In this document: positions 54,945 to 64,000 of the stretch, one piece after another
How the letters are laid out: each line of letters opens with the position of its first letter
Position numbering within the stretch: position 1 is the stretch's first letter
Source of the DNA: Anaeromyxobacteraceae bacterium
Lineage (GTDB): Bacteria; Myxococcota; Myxococcia; Myxococcales; Anaeromyxobacteraceae
Length of the DNA: 64,000 nt
Assembly (NCBI GenBank): GCA_032654565.1
Contig: JAULAX010000015.1
Location: 1,226,124 to 1,290,123, forward strand
Direction of reading: 5' to 3'
Notes under the pieces: model-generated
What the model was told of the DNA's origin: nothing
Seen by the model: only the letters and a program-made list of their open reading frames with translations
Databases searched by the model: none
Made by a program: the position numbers and the translations under genes

Positions 54945-55550
54945 TCAGCCTGCGGTCCGGCGCCCCAGGCCACGAAGCACGGCGGCCTTCCCCCGGTGGA
55001 GCGGCCCCTCGTCGAGGTCGATCTCCTCCTCGCGCAGCACCTCCCAGGTGATGCCGGGGAAGGCGAGACGCACCGCCTCGGGCTCGTAGAGCGCCTCCAC
55101 CTGCCTGGTCCCGCCGCTGTTGAAGGCGAGCTGCCGCGGCGTGAAGACCTCGAGGAGGATCACGCCGCCCGGGGCCAGGGCCGCCTGCGCCCGGGGGAAG
55201 ACCACCGCGCGCAGCGGCGGCGGCAGGTGGACGAAGATCAAAACCAGGGCGTCATAGGCGCCGGGCGCGGGCAGGAACTGGTCGAGCTCGGCGACGTTGG
55301 TCTGGATCATCACCCCCCGCGCCGCCGCCAGCCGCCGGGCCTTCTCGAGCCCGACGCTGGAGCCATCGACGGCCTCGACCCGGTGGCCCTGGGTGGCCAG
55401 CCAGACGCCGTTGCGCCCCTCGCCTTCGCCGAGCGAGAGGATCCGGCTCCCCGGCTTGAACCGGGCGGCCTGCGCCTCGAGCCAGCGGTTGGGCGCGGTG
55501 CCGTAGAGGTACTCCTCGCCAGCGAAGCGCTCGTCCCAGGTGGTCGCCAT
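54945..55550 (-). CDS. Class I SAM-dependent methyltransferase (TehB-like)
   Basis: MATTWDERF...YLYGTAPN; ILSLGEGEGRN; ALAPGGVILLE; EGPLHRG. Confidence 0.9.
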   Translation of the reverse strand: MATTWDERFAGEEYLYGTAPNRWLEAQAARFKPGSRILSLGEGEGRNGVWLATQGHRVEAVDGSSVGLEKARRLAAARGVMIQTNVAELDQFLPAPGAYDALVLIFVHLPPPLRAVVFPRAQAALAPGGVILLEVFTPRQLAFNSGGTRQVEALYEPEAVRLAFPGITWEVLREEEIDLDEGPLHRGKAAVLRGLGRRTAG

Positions 55551-55713
55551 GGTGTCCCTTCTGACCAGCCGGCCATTCCAGCACGTCGGGGATGAATCCG
55601 ACAGCAGGCAGGTCTGGGACGGAGCTGGCGCGACGCCGGTGGAGGTGACCGCGCCGGCGACCCTTGCAGGATTGCAGGCTGACCGGCACCCCCGCGCATG
55701 GTAGGGGGCGGGG

Positions 55714-56130
55714 ATGGCACACCTGATCGTCAACGTCGACGTCGATGACCTGGAGAAGGCGGTGGACTTCTACACCCGGGCGCTGGGCCTGCGGGTCGGG
55801 CGGCGCTTCACGGGCGGGGGCATCGAGCTCATCGGCGCCGAGGTGCCCATCTACATGCTGGTGGCGGCGCCGGGCACCGCGCCATTCGCGGGCGCCACGG
55901 CCAGGCGGGACTACCGGCGCCACTGGACCCCGGTGCACCTCGACTTCGCGGTCGACGACATCGCGGCCGCGGTGGAGCTGGCGGTGGCGGCGGGCGCCAC
56001 GGTGGAGCTCCCCATCGAGACTCACAAGTACGGCAAGCTGGCGGTGCTGGCCGACCCGTTTGGCCACGGGCTCTGCCTGATCCAGTTCGAGGGTCGCGGC
56101 TACGACGAGATCGCCACCGGGGTGGGGTAG
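55714..56130 (+). CDS. VOC/glyoxalase family protein
   Basis: DLEKAVDFY, VHLDFAVDDI, DPFGHGLCLI. Confidence 0.9.
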   Translation: MAHLIVNVDVDDLEKAVDFYTRALGLRVGRRFTGGGIELIGAEVPIYMLVAAPGTAPFAGATARRDYRRHWTPVHLDFAVDDIAAAVELAVAAGATVELPIETHKYGKLAVLADPFGHGLCLIQFEGRGYDEIATGVG

Positions 56131-56162
56131 GCGACGGAGCCCCCCGGGGCCGGAGATCGCGC

Positions 56163-56969
56163 TCAGCCGGCGTGCGCCTCGAGGAACTCGACCGCCAGCC
56201 GGGTGGCCTCGGCGGCGGTCCGATCGCTGGCGTGGGGGCAGTGGCCCGAGTCGAGCAGCGCCACCTGTGCGGCTGGGAGGGCCCGCCGGGCCGCCTCGAG
56301 CTCGCCGGGCTCGGTGCGGGGATCGCGGCTCCCGTGGAGGAGGAGCGTCGGCGCGCGGAGCTCGCCGAAGCGCCCTTGGTAGAGATCTGCCAGGCCAGCC
56401 CGTCCCTCCTCGATGATGGAGAGCCAGGCCCGCCCGCCCGCGGCCACCACCTCGGGCCAGTCCTCGCCATGGTCGCGGCGCAGCGCCTCCACCACGGCGG
56501 GGCCAAAGCGCCCGGGCGCCTCCACGGCGGCGCGGAAGAAGGCCTCCGACGAGAGCTTCAGGGCGAAGAAGTGGAGCGCCTCCAGCACCAGCGCCCGGAT
56601 GCGCCCCGGGGCCAGGAACCCCATCCAGGCGGCGATGACCGCGCCGTCGCTGTGTCCCCAGAGGGCGGCCTGCTGGATGCCGAGCGCGTCCATGACGAGG
56701 AGCGTCTCCTCGGCCATGGCGCGGTGGAAGCCGCGGGGCAGGTCGGGGAGGCGCCCCGAGCCGCCGTAGCCGACGCGGTCCGGGGCGATCACCTGGTGGC
56801 GCCTCGCCACCGCGGCCATGTCGAAGGGGTAGGCCTCCCAGCCCCAGCCGCCGTGGAGGAGCACCACCGCCGGTCCGGCGCCGGCCTGGCGGACCAGGAT
56901 CCCGGCGGGGGAGCGTGACGGCGCCATCGGGGAGGCGGGGATGTCGACGCGGCGCCTGGAGCTGGGCAC
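56163..56969 (-). CDS. Alpha/beta fold hydrolase
   Basis: LLHGG, APDRVGYGGS, GHSDG nucleophile, GSRD, SGHCPH; start may instead be the ATG at 56928. Confidence 0.9.
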   Translation of the reverse strand: MPSSRRRVDIPASPMAPSRSPAGILVRQAGAGPAVVLLHGGWGWEAYPFDMAAVARRHQVIAPDRVGYGGSGRLPDLPRGFHRAMAEETLLVMDALGIQQAALWGHSDGAVIAAWMGFLAPGRIRALVLEALHFFALKLSSEAFFRAAVEAPGRFGPAVVEALRRDHGEDWPEVVAAGGRAWLSIIEEGRAGLADLYQGRFGELRAPTLLLHGSRDPRTEPGELEAARRALPAAQVALLDSGHCPHASDRTAAEATRLAVEFLEAHAG

Positions 56970-56976
56970 GCGCTAC

Positions 56977-57471
56977 CTAAGGAGCGGCGGCCGGCTCGAT
57001 GGTGACCCGGACCAGCATCCCCTCCGCCGCCGTCGAGATCAGCAGATCGAGGGTCTGGTCGTCGCGCCGCAGCGTGGCGGGGACGCGCTTCATGGTCAGG
57101 CCGGTCTGCTTGGTCCGGGTCACGGTGTTGCGGATGGCGCAGGTGGAGCAGTGCACCGTCTTGCCGCACCCGCCGGGGAGCCGGGAGCGGCAGCACTCCA
57201 GGGCCTCGCCGCCGAGGAGGCCGGTCACCTCGCCGGGCTCGCGCCCGAGCAGCTGGCAGGCCGGCTTGTTGAGGGCCACCACGCGCACGTCGCCCTCGAC
57301 CATGACCACGGGGAAGTCGAAGCGCTCCAGGTACTCGCCGTAGGACATGCCGCTCCACAGCGCCTTGAAGTGCTCGCCGCAGGGCGGGCACATGCCGTGG
57401 CTGACGCCGCCGTCGCCGAGCGGCGGCTTGGTCCCCATGTCCTTCTGGCAGTAAGAGCAGACGAGGCGCAC
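56977..57471 (-). CDS. Cys-rich protein: CxxC...HGxCxxC metal ribbon + PAS-like domain with a Cys cluster
   Basis: GGGAGG RBS + GTG 57471; CSYC...SHGMCPPC; PVVMVEGDVRVVALNKPACQLLG (PAS-like); ECC...GGCGKTVHCSTC. Confidence 0.8.
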   Translation of the reverse strand: MRLVCSYCQKDMGTKPPLGDGGVSHGMCPPCGEHFKALWSGMSYGEYLERFDFPVVMVEGDVRVVALNKPACQLLGREPGEVTGLLGGEALECCRSRLPGGCGKTVHCSTCAIRNTVTRTKQTGLTMKRVPATLRRDDQTLDLLISTAAEGMLVRVTIEPAAAP

Positions 57472-57491
57472 GCCGTTGCCTCCCGGAGCGA

Positions 57492-58559
57492 TCAGGTTAG
57501 CGCGGCCTCCGGCACCGGGCCAGCGGCGAGGGAGGGAGGCCCCCCGACGGTGCGACGCAGCAGCCCGACCAGGGCCTCGACCCAGGCCGGGGTGGCGTTG
57601 AGGGAAGGGACCAGCGCGACCCGCTCCCCGCCGGCGGCGGCGAACTGCTCCTGGGCGCGCAGGCCGATCTCCTCCAGCGTCTCCAGGCAGTCGGCCACGA
57701 AGGCTGGGCAGAAGACCACCAGCCGCCGCTTCCCCTCCCGGGCCAGCTCCTCGAGCCGCAGGTCGGTGTAGGGCTTGATCCAGGGGGTCCGGCCCAGCCG
57801 CGACTGGAAGCAGACGCTCCAGCTCCCGGCCTGCAGCGCGAGCCGGGCCGCCAGCGCCCGGGCCGTGGCGAAGCACTGGGCCCGGTAGCAGTCGCGGTTG
57901 GCCACGCCCACCGCCTCGCAGCAGCCGGCCGACTGGAGGCAGTGGTGGCCGGAGTGGTCGGCGGCCCGGACGTGACGCTCCGGCAGGCCGTGGAAGCTGA
58001 AGAGGACGTGGTCCGGCCGTTCCCGCGCCAGCACCGGGGCGCCCACCGCCGCGAAGGCGGCGATGAACCCCGGGTCGTCGTGGAAGGCGGGCAGGACCGA
58101 GACCGGGGGCACCACCGGCTGGCGGGCCAGCGCGGTGAAGACGGCCTCCAGCGAGGAGCCGGTCGCCGCCGACGAGTACTGCGGGTAGAGGGGCGCCACC
58201 ACCAGCCGTTCGGCGCCGCCGTCGCGCAGCCGCGCCAGCGCCGCGGTGATGGACGGCTGGCCGTAGCGCATGGCGAGCTCGACCAGGTGCCCTGGCCCGA
58301 GCGCCTCGCGAACCTTGACCTCCAGCGCCCGGGAGAAGGTGAGCAGCGGCGAGCCCTGGGGGGTCCAGACCTTGGCATAGGCGGCGGCGCTCTTGCTCGG
58401 GCGCGTTGGCAGGATCACCAGCTCCAGCAGCAGCTTGCGGGCCAGCGGGTGGATGTCGATGACCCGCGGGTCGGAGAGGAACTCGCGCAGGTAGCGGCGC
58501 ACCGCCGGCGGCGTCGGGGCCTCCGGGGTGCCGAGGTTGAGGAGCAGGATGCCGAGCAT
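57492..58559 (-). CDS. hemH: Ferrochelatase
   Basis: LLNLGTP, FLSDPRV, LYPQYS, FSFHGLP, FQSRLG, FVADCLETLEEI; ATG 58559. Confidence 0.97.
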   Translation of the reverse strand: MLGILLLNLGTPEAPTPPAVRRYLREFLSDPRVIDIHPLARKLLLELVILPTRPSKSAAAYAKVWTPQGSPLLTFSRALEVKVREALGPGHLVELAMRYGQPSITAALARLRDGGAERLVVAPLYPQYSSAATGSSLEAVFTALARQPVVPPVSVLPAFHDDPGFIAAFAAVGAPVLARERPDHVLFSFHGLPERHVRAADHSGHHCLQSAGCCEAVGVANRDCYRAQCFATARALAARLALQAGSWSVCFQSRLGRTPWIKPYTDLRLEELAREGKRRLVVFCPAFVADCLETLEEIGLRAQEQFAAAGGERVALVPSLNATPAWVEALVGLLRRTVGGPPSLAAGPVPEAALT

Positions 58560-58683
58560 GCGGTAAGCCCTACCGGGCCGGCGGCCTGGCCGCAACCCCG
58601 GCCCGGCGGGCGGCGCCGGGGTCCGGCCAGGGACAAGACCGGACCCGAATGGCGAGCCGGATGGCCTATCATCCTCGGCCACC

Positions 58684-59474
58684 ATGACCACCATCACCAC
58701 CACCGCCGCCGGCCGGATGCCGCCCCAGGTGCCGTACATCATCGGCAACGAGGCCTGCGAGCGCTTCAGCTTCTACGGCATGCGCAACATCCTCACCCCG
58801 TTCCTGGTGACCAGCCTGCTGCTCGGACGCCGTTCTGGTCGCTCTTCGATCAGAAGGCCTCCACCTGGGTGCTGCAGGGCGGCCAGATGGTGATGCTGGC
58901 GCCCGGCTCCTGGCTGGGCTGGCTGGTCAAGGAGCCGGCGCAGATGCAGGCCCTCAACCCGCTGCTGGTGATGCTGCTCATCCCCTTCAACAACCTGGTG
59001 CTCTACCCGGCGCTGCGCCGGGCCGGCCTGGAGGTCACCGCGCTGCGGCGCATGGGGCTGGGCATCGCCTTCTCCGCCCTGGCCTGGGTGGTGGCCGGGG
59101 TCATCCAGCTCCGCCTCGACGGCGGCGACCAGCTCTCGATCAGCTGGCAGGTGGCGCCCTACCTGCTGCTCACCTTCGGCGAGGTGCTGGTCTCCGCCAC
59201 CGGCCTGGAGTTCGCCTACAGCCAGGCGCCGGCCGCCATGAAGGGGGTGATCATGAGCTACTGGTCGCTCTCGGTGACCTTCGGCAACCTCTGGGTGCTG
59301 ATCACCAACGCGGCGGTGCGCAACCAGGTGGTGCTCTCACGCATCACCGCCACCGGGGTCAGCCAGAACGCCTTCCTGATGTTCTTCTTCGCCGGCTTCG
59401 CCTTCCTGGCCGCGGCCGGGTTCGCCCTCTACGCCCGGCGCTACCCGATGCAGGACCACTACCGGCGGGCCTGA
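58684..59474 (+). pseudogene. POT/PTR peptide transporter with a large internal deletion and frameshift
   Basis: N-terminus with [16 protein letters not shown], then at ~58825 a jump, in another frame, to [14 protein letters not shown]...QALNP...GEVLVSATGLEFAYSQAP. Confidence 0.85.
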
Positions 59475-59581
59475 CCTGTCGGCCCACGGAGGCCCCGGAC
59501 CGCCTGCGACCGGTTGCCTCAATGGACATCCACCGGACGAGGTGGTGCGATCGGCCGGCAGGGCGCAACCGCGGGCGCGCC

Positions 59582-60061
59582 ATGGTCCATCGCACCTCCT
59601 ACCGGAAGCAGCACGTCGTGACCTCGGTGGTCGCGGTGATCGTGGACGGGCTGGAGCAGGTGGTGCTGACGCGCCGCGGGGTGCCGCCGTTCCCGGGGCA
59701 GTGGGTGATGCCGGGCGGGAAGATCTCGCTGGGGGAGCCCATGGCCTCGGCGCTGCGCCGCGAGGTGCGCGAGGAGGTGGGCATCGACGTGGCGGTGGGC
59801 GAGCTGGTCGACGTCTACGAGCAGGTCCGGCCCGGCGCCGGCAACGACCACCACGTCATCCTCTACTACCGGTGCCGGCCGAGCCGGCCGGACCTCACCC
59901 CCAACCCGGCCGAGGTGGCCGAGGCCCGGTGGGTCCCGCGCGCCGAGCTGGGCCGCTACGACCTGCCGGAGGGGACGCGCCACGTGCTCACCCGGCTGTT
60001 TCCGGAGCTGGGCGCCGCGGGCGGTGACGGTCCGGCGTCGCCGGGCTGGAGGGGGCCGTGA
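59582..60061 (+). CDS. NUDIX hydrolase
   Basis: Nudix box GGKISLGEPMASALRREVREEVG; GTGA overlap with the next gene. Confidence 0.92.
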   Translation: MVHRTSYRKQHVVTSVVAVIVDGLEQVVLTRRGVPPFPGQWVMPGGKISLGEPMASALRREVREEVGIDVAVGELVDVYEQVRPGAGNDHHVILYYRCRPSRPDLTPNPAEVAEARWVPRAELGRYDLPEGTRHVLTRLFPELGAAGGDGPASPGWRGP

Positions 60062-61215
60062 TCACCATCCACGAGGCCGAGCTCCACCTCGACTACGCGC
60101 TGGGGAGCCACCTCCACTGCCTGGTGGCCCAGATCCCGGTGTGGCTCCAGGCCACCGAGGCCGGCATCGTGCTGCGCGACCGCGAGGCCCAGTGGCGCAC
60201 CGTGGCCTCGGTGCTGGAGCTGGCGGCCAGCAGCGAGCGCTTCCAGAAGCTCAACTTCCTGATGTTCCCGGAGACCTCGGTCCCGGCCGGCCGGCTCGAC
60301 GACGCTCTGGGGTTCGTGGAGGCGCGCTTCCGGCCCAACACCGTGACCATGCTGGGGATGGAGCACGTCCACCTGAGCAGCTACCTGGAGACGCTGCGGC
60401 GCTTCCGCGACGACAACCAGCTCGCCATCCCGGCGGTCGAGCACGACCTCAAGGCCGGGGCGCTCCCCGACAACCCGGTCAACTGGTGCTGCGTGGTGGT
60501 CAAGGAGGCGAGCGGCCGCCTGCGGGTCTTCCTGGAGGCCAAGAGCCACCCGTTTCGCTCCGAGGAGTTCCTCGACAAGTCGGGCGACCTCTACCGGGGC
60601 CGGCACTTCTGGTGGTTCCGGGCCCGGCCGGCCTTCTTCCACTTCATGGTGCTGGTCTGCCTCGACTACCTGTACCGCGACCTCTACGGCTCCAACATCC
60701 GGCACATCGTCGACCACGCCAACCAGCAATACTTCGAGGCCAGGCGGGCCCTCGACGCGCTCTTCGTGGTGCAGTGCAACCCCAAGCCCGAGCACCGCGC
60801 CTACCGCGACGTGCTGGCCGGCTTCTACGGTGAGTACCTGGAGGACGCGCCCGGGGTCCGCGACACCGTCACCGTCTTCGGCAACTGCTCGGACCAGAGC
60901 GAGACCGGCGAGCCCCGCCCGGGCGGCTTCGGCCACTCCTCGGTGATCCTGGGGCCGCGCCACCGGCTGGCCCGGGTGGCGGCGCCGGAGTTCTCCACCG
61001 ACGACTTCCGCGGGGCGCCGGCCCACCGGCTCCGCTTCGGCACCGCGACGCGGCTCTGCTACTTCAACCTGCCCCTTCACCACGACCTGGACCCGCGCAC
61101 CAGCCACCAGCCGCTCAAGGTGCACGCCGTGCTCCGGCCCGAGGGCGACGGCTGGGTGCCGGTGGCCGGCGCGCCGGTCATGGCGGAGCTCTCGGCGCGG
61201 ACGGTGCGGCGGTGA
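60058..61215 (+). CDS. Hypothetical protein with a nitrilase-like (E-K-C) signature
   Basis: FLMFPETSVP, PVNWC, FLEAKSHP, VLVCLDY; GC3-rich coding pattern. Confidence 0.7.
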   Translation: MITIHEAELHLDYALGSHLHCLVAQIPVWLQATEAGIVLRDREAQWRTVASVLELAASSERFQKLNFLMFPETSVPAGRLDDALGFVEARFRPNTVTMLGMEHVHLSSYLETLRRFRDDNQLAIPAVEHDLKAGALPDNPVNWCCVVVKEASGRLRVFLEAKSHPFRSEEFLDKSGDLYRGRHFWWFRARPAFFHFMVLVCLDYLYRDLYGSNIRHIVDHANQQYFEARRALDALFVVQCNPKPEHRAYRDVLAGFYGEYLEDAPGVRDTVTVFGNCSDQSETGEPRPGGFGHSSVILGPRHRLARVAAPEFSTDDFRGAPAHRLRFGTATRLCYFNLPLHHDLDPRTSHQPLKVHAVLRPEGDGWVPVAGAPVMAELSARTVRR

Positions 61216-62572
61216 GGGGGCCCTGATCCGGCCGGCCGGGCGGGCCGTGGCCATCTCCGGGGGGGCGACCCAAGCCTTGCTGGGGAGCTGGTGGCTCCAT
61301 GTCGCGCCAGGGAAGGGCGCTGGCACGCTGGAGGAATTCCAGGAGGATGGTGGCGACCCGGGCCAGGGAGGCGCGGTTCAGCTGATGGTGGCGGTCGCTG
61401 GGGGTGTGGATCTGGATCGGAGCGGCCGGCTCCTCTCCCAGGCCGGCCACCGGGATCCCGGAGGCCATGAAGGCCCTGGCGTCATCGGCCCCCACCCGCC
61501 AGCGGGGCTCGATGCCATGGGCCGCCAGCACCGTCGCCGCCAGGGCGGCAAACGGCGACTTCGGCTCGGTCTGCCCCATGCGCATGGCGGTGAGGGTCGG
61601 CTGGCTGCCCACTCCATCCAGGTTCACCACCGCCTGGTAGGGCGCGGGCGGACGGTCCGCCAGGGCCTTGGCGCCGAGGAGCCCAGACTCCTCCCCGGTG
61701 GTCAGTCCTACCAGCAGGTCGAACCCGGGATCCGGGTGGGCCTGGTAGCGGCGCGCCACCTCGAGAACCACCGCCACCCCGGAGGCGTTGTCGAACGCGC
61801 CCGGGTACCTGCACTCCGCTGAGTCGTCGCCGACGTGATCGTGGTGGGCGGTCAGCAGGAAGGTGGGGGCCCCCGGCCGGCTGGACCGCCGCAGCCCGGC
61901 GACGACGTTGTGGCTGGGGCGTCGGGTGACCTCCAGCGGGAGCTCGACCCGCACCGGCGCGCCGTCCTTTCCGGCCATCGACAAGGCGGCCGCCTCGGTG
62001 AGGTAGAGCACGGGCAGGGGACCCTGGCCGCCGGTGACGCTCTTCAAGGCGATGCGTCGCTCCGGTTGCTCGAGAAGCACGGCGCGGTAGCCCCTGGCGG
62101 CGGCCTCGGCGATGCTCTCGGCTGGCAGCTTCGGGAAGGCCTCGGACCGGACCAGGAGCACCCAGGCCCCTTCACCGGGGTCGGGGAGTGGACCAGGCCG
62201 GTCGAGGATGCGGAGGCGGCCCTCGGCGACGCCTCCCCGGCCCAGCGACGTCCACTCGTTGAAGTCGACGCGGTGGACCAGGGCACGTCCGCCCACGGTC
62301 AGCGCGGGAGCTCCGACCAGCCGGGCCGAGGAGACTTCGATGGCTGGTGTCTCGATGAGCTGGGCGCCGAGGCGATCCAGCTCCATCCTGAGGAAGGCGG
62401 CGGCCGCCTCGCCGCCGGGGCTGCCCGAGAGGCGTCCCTCGAACTCCGGAGCGGTGAGCCGCTCCAGGATGGCGGTCGGGTAGCTGGACTCGCTCCTTCC
62501 GGAAGCACCAGCGCACCCGGCCAGGGAGAGGGCCAGCGCGATCAGGCCGAGGTGGAGAACAGGGCGCTTCAC
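61178..62572 (-). CDS. M28-family metallopeptidase lipoprotein (PA-like insert)
   Basis: LAGC lipobox; TAHHDH, GAFDNASG, GEESGLLG, NLDGVG, HTPSD; start 62572, 62599 or 62617. Confidence 0.88.
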   Translation of the reverse strand: MKRPVLHLGLIALALSLAGCAGASGRSESSYPTAILERLTAPEFEGRLSGSPGGEAAAAFLRMELDRLGAQLIETPAIEVSSARLVGAPALTVGGRALVHRVDFNEWTSLGRGGVAEGRLRILDRPGPLPDPGEGAWVLLVRSEAFPKLPAESIAEAAARGYRAVLLEQPERRIALKSVTGGQGPLPVLYLTEAAALSMAGKDGAPVRVELPLEVTRRPSHNVVAGLRRSSRPGAPTFLLTAHHDHVGDDSAECRYPGAFDNASGVAVVLEVARRYQAHPDPGFDLLVGLTTGEESGLLGAKALADRPPAPYQAVVNLDGVGSQPTLTAMRMGQTEPKSPFAALAATVLAAHGIEPRWRVGADDARAFMASGIPVAGLGEEPAAPIQIHTPSDRHHQLNRASLARVATILLEFLQRASALPWRDMEPPAPQQGLGRPPGDGHGPPGRPDQGPLTAAPSAPRAPP

Positions 62573-62801
62573 GGTGCGGTGGGGGGCAGGGCGCTTCACG
62601 GTGCCGCCAGCATGCAACCTCTTGCCAGGCCAGCGCCCTGATGGATGCGCAAGGCGGGTGGGCAGGCTTGCAAGGCGGTGGTGGGGCTGCCGGCGCTAGA
62701 CTGCGCCCGCCGGCCGGTGGTGCAGGTGGTGAATGCACGTGTACACCCTGGCCAGAGCGCCGGCCACGGTAGCCGGCGGGCTCCACCCGGGAGGAGGCGG
62801 C

Positions 62802-63785
62802 ATGCAGCGCAGCGCAGTGACGGCCTTGACCGCCGCCCTGCTCCTCGCCCCCTTCGGGCTCGGGGCCTGGTCGCAGCAGCCCGCGGTGGCCCAGGCCTGT
62901 GACGGCTCGGCCACGTCGGGCGTGACACCACGCCAGCTCAAGCCCGGCGTCCACGCGCTCATCACCGATCCTCGCCGAGATGGGCTCGGCTCCAACACCG
63001 GGTTCGTGGTGACCTCCGCCGGCGTGGTGGTGATCGACGCCGGAATGCCGGGCATGCAGTGGAGGCGGGTTCGGGAGGAGATCGGCAAGGTCACCAAGCT
63101 GCCCATCGTGGACCTGATCCTCACCCACAAGCACTGGGACCATGTCCTGGCGACGCCGCTCGTCGCCGGCGCCGGCGCCGGGATCAGGGTGATGGCCCAT
63201 GCGAAGGCGGCGGAGGCGATGGCGGGGAGGTTCCCGGGACGCCTGGCTCGAATCGCCGAGCAGGGAGGAGAGCTCGCCCGGGCGCTGGCGGGCGCGACGA
63301 CGGTCCTGCCGACCGAGACCGTGAGCACCCGACGCGAGATCAGGATCGGCGAGACGCGCTTCGAGCTCATCCCCTTCGGGCCGGCACACACCGGCGGCGA
63401 CCTGGCGGTCCTCCTCCCAGACCAGAAGGTGCTGTTCGCCGGCGACCTGCTCTTCAACCTGCCTCACCCCTGGGCCGGGGACGGGGAGATGAACGTGGAG
63501 GGCTGGCAGGCGGCGCTGGAGCGGATCGAGTCGATGGACGTGGAGCTGGTGGTGCCCGGCCACGGCGAGGTCGGTGGCCGGGACGCGGCGCGCCGGCAGC
63601 GGGCCTACCTGGGCGACCTGGCCCGGATGGCCCGGCAGGGCTTCGCGGAAGGCTGCCCGCCCGAGGAGGTGGCGGAGCGGGTCAGGCTGGAGCGGGGGCA
63701 GGAGCCGGCCGAGGTGGCCTTTCTGATTGACAGCCTCAAGGAGCTCTACCGCCGCCAGGCCACCGAGGTCCCGCCGCCCCGGTGA
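62802..63785 (+). CDS. Exported MBL-fold metallo-hydrolase
   Basis: GGAGGAGG RBS; signal peptide; VVIDAG, THKHWDH, AHTGGD, FAGDL, VPGHG. Confidence 0.9.
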   Translation: MQRSAVTALTAALLLAPFGLGAWSQQPAVAQACDGSATSGVTPRQLKPGVHALITDPRRDGLGSNTGFVVTSAGVVVIDAGMPGMQWRRVREEIGKVTKLPIVDLILTHKHWDHVLATPLVAGAGAGIRVMAHAKAAEAMAGRFPGRLARIAEQGGELARALAGATTVLPTETVSTRREIRIGETRFELIPFGPAHTGGDLAVLLPDQKVLFAGDLLFNLPHPWAGDGEMNVEGWQAALERIESMDVELVVPGHGEVGGRDAARRQRAYLGDLARMARQGFAEGCPPEEVAERVRLERGQEPAEVAFLIDSLKELYRRQATEVPPPR

Positions 63786-63871
63786 GCTCCGTGGCGGGCG
63801 GGCGCGAGTTCGGAATCCAGCTCGGCAGCAAGGTCGAGCTCGACGAGGCCAGGGGCCGGGTCTCCCGCCGC

Positions 63872-64000
63872 TCAGCCCGCCGGCTTCGGCCGCCGTCCCG
63901 GCCGAGGCCGGGATGGACCCGATGGCTCCGGCTCGCCGCCGCCGGCCAGGGCGCTGGCGATGGTCCCGACGGTCTGCAGCGCCCTGGCGGTGCGGTCGGT
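63872..64000 (-). CDS. Possible C-terminal fragment of a gene entering from the right edge
   Basis: Open frame TDRTARALQTVGTIASALAGGGEP...-TGA (43 codons), GC3-rich in its first half. Confidence 0.4.
   Translation of the reverse strand, partial: TDRTARALQTVGTIASALAGGGEPEPSGPSRPRPGRRPKPAG

Noticed and set aside
62613..62627. Sigma54-like TGGCAAGAGGTTGCA on the minus strand before the M28 gene
   Set aside because: The GG-to-GC spacing is 9 nt, not the strictly required 10.
62802..63785. Metallo-beta-lactamase resistance gene
   Set aside because: HxHxDH with a GDL bridging Asp indicates a generic MBL-fold hydrolase; antibiotic activity cannot be supported from the sequence.

Overview
High-GC window from a myxobacterium-like (Anaeromyxobacter-type, Myxococcota) chromosome; the taxonomy is inferred from mglBA, Glt-like genes, a eukaryote-type citrate synthase and a Myxococcus-type ferrochelatase. 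In order it holds: an ISKra4-family transposase running off the left edge (absent from the ORF track); gltA; a DUF4398/OmpA-TSP3/GAF operon; dsbA-like/DUF4388/truD; a radical SAM gene; a ~1,585-codon Cys-rich surface lipoprotein broken by a cluster of indels; the conserved tadA-tRNA-Ser x2-ffs-dnaX-ybaB-recR-mglB-mglA block; an ~17 kb envelope locus (GltC/D/E/F/G-like paralogues, a giant FG-GAP + 12x Ig-like protein, then a small secreted protein, a beta-barrel and a short OPX/Wza behind a near-consensus promoter); comM-recA behind a sigma54-like promoter; cinA/pgpA/pssA; gap, ltaE, nth, rnpB; a ~4.8 kb hotspot after rnpB (two TA pairs, IS3 and IS256 remnants, a DDE-integrase + ExeA-ATPase element); then accessory enzymes, including a Cys-rich PAS protein, hemH, an internally deleted POT transporter and a NUDIX + cryptic nitrilase-fold pair. 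The best candidate for an under-described system is the mglBA-linked Glt paralogue + adhesin + beta-barrel/OPX locus, which may be an Nfs-like polysaccharide-handling machine. All calls come from motif reading; no searches were run.
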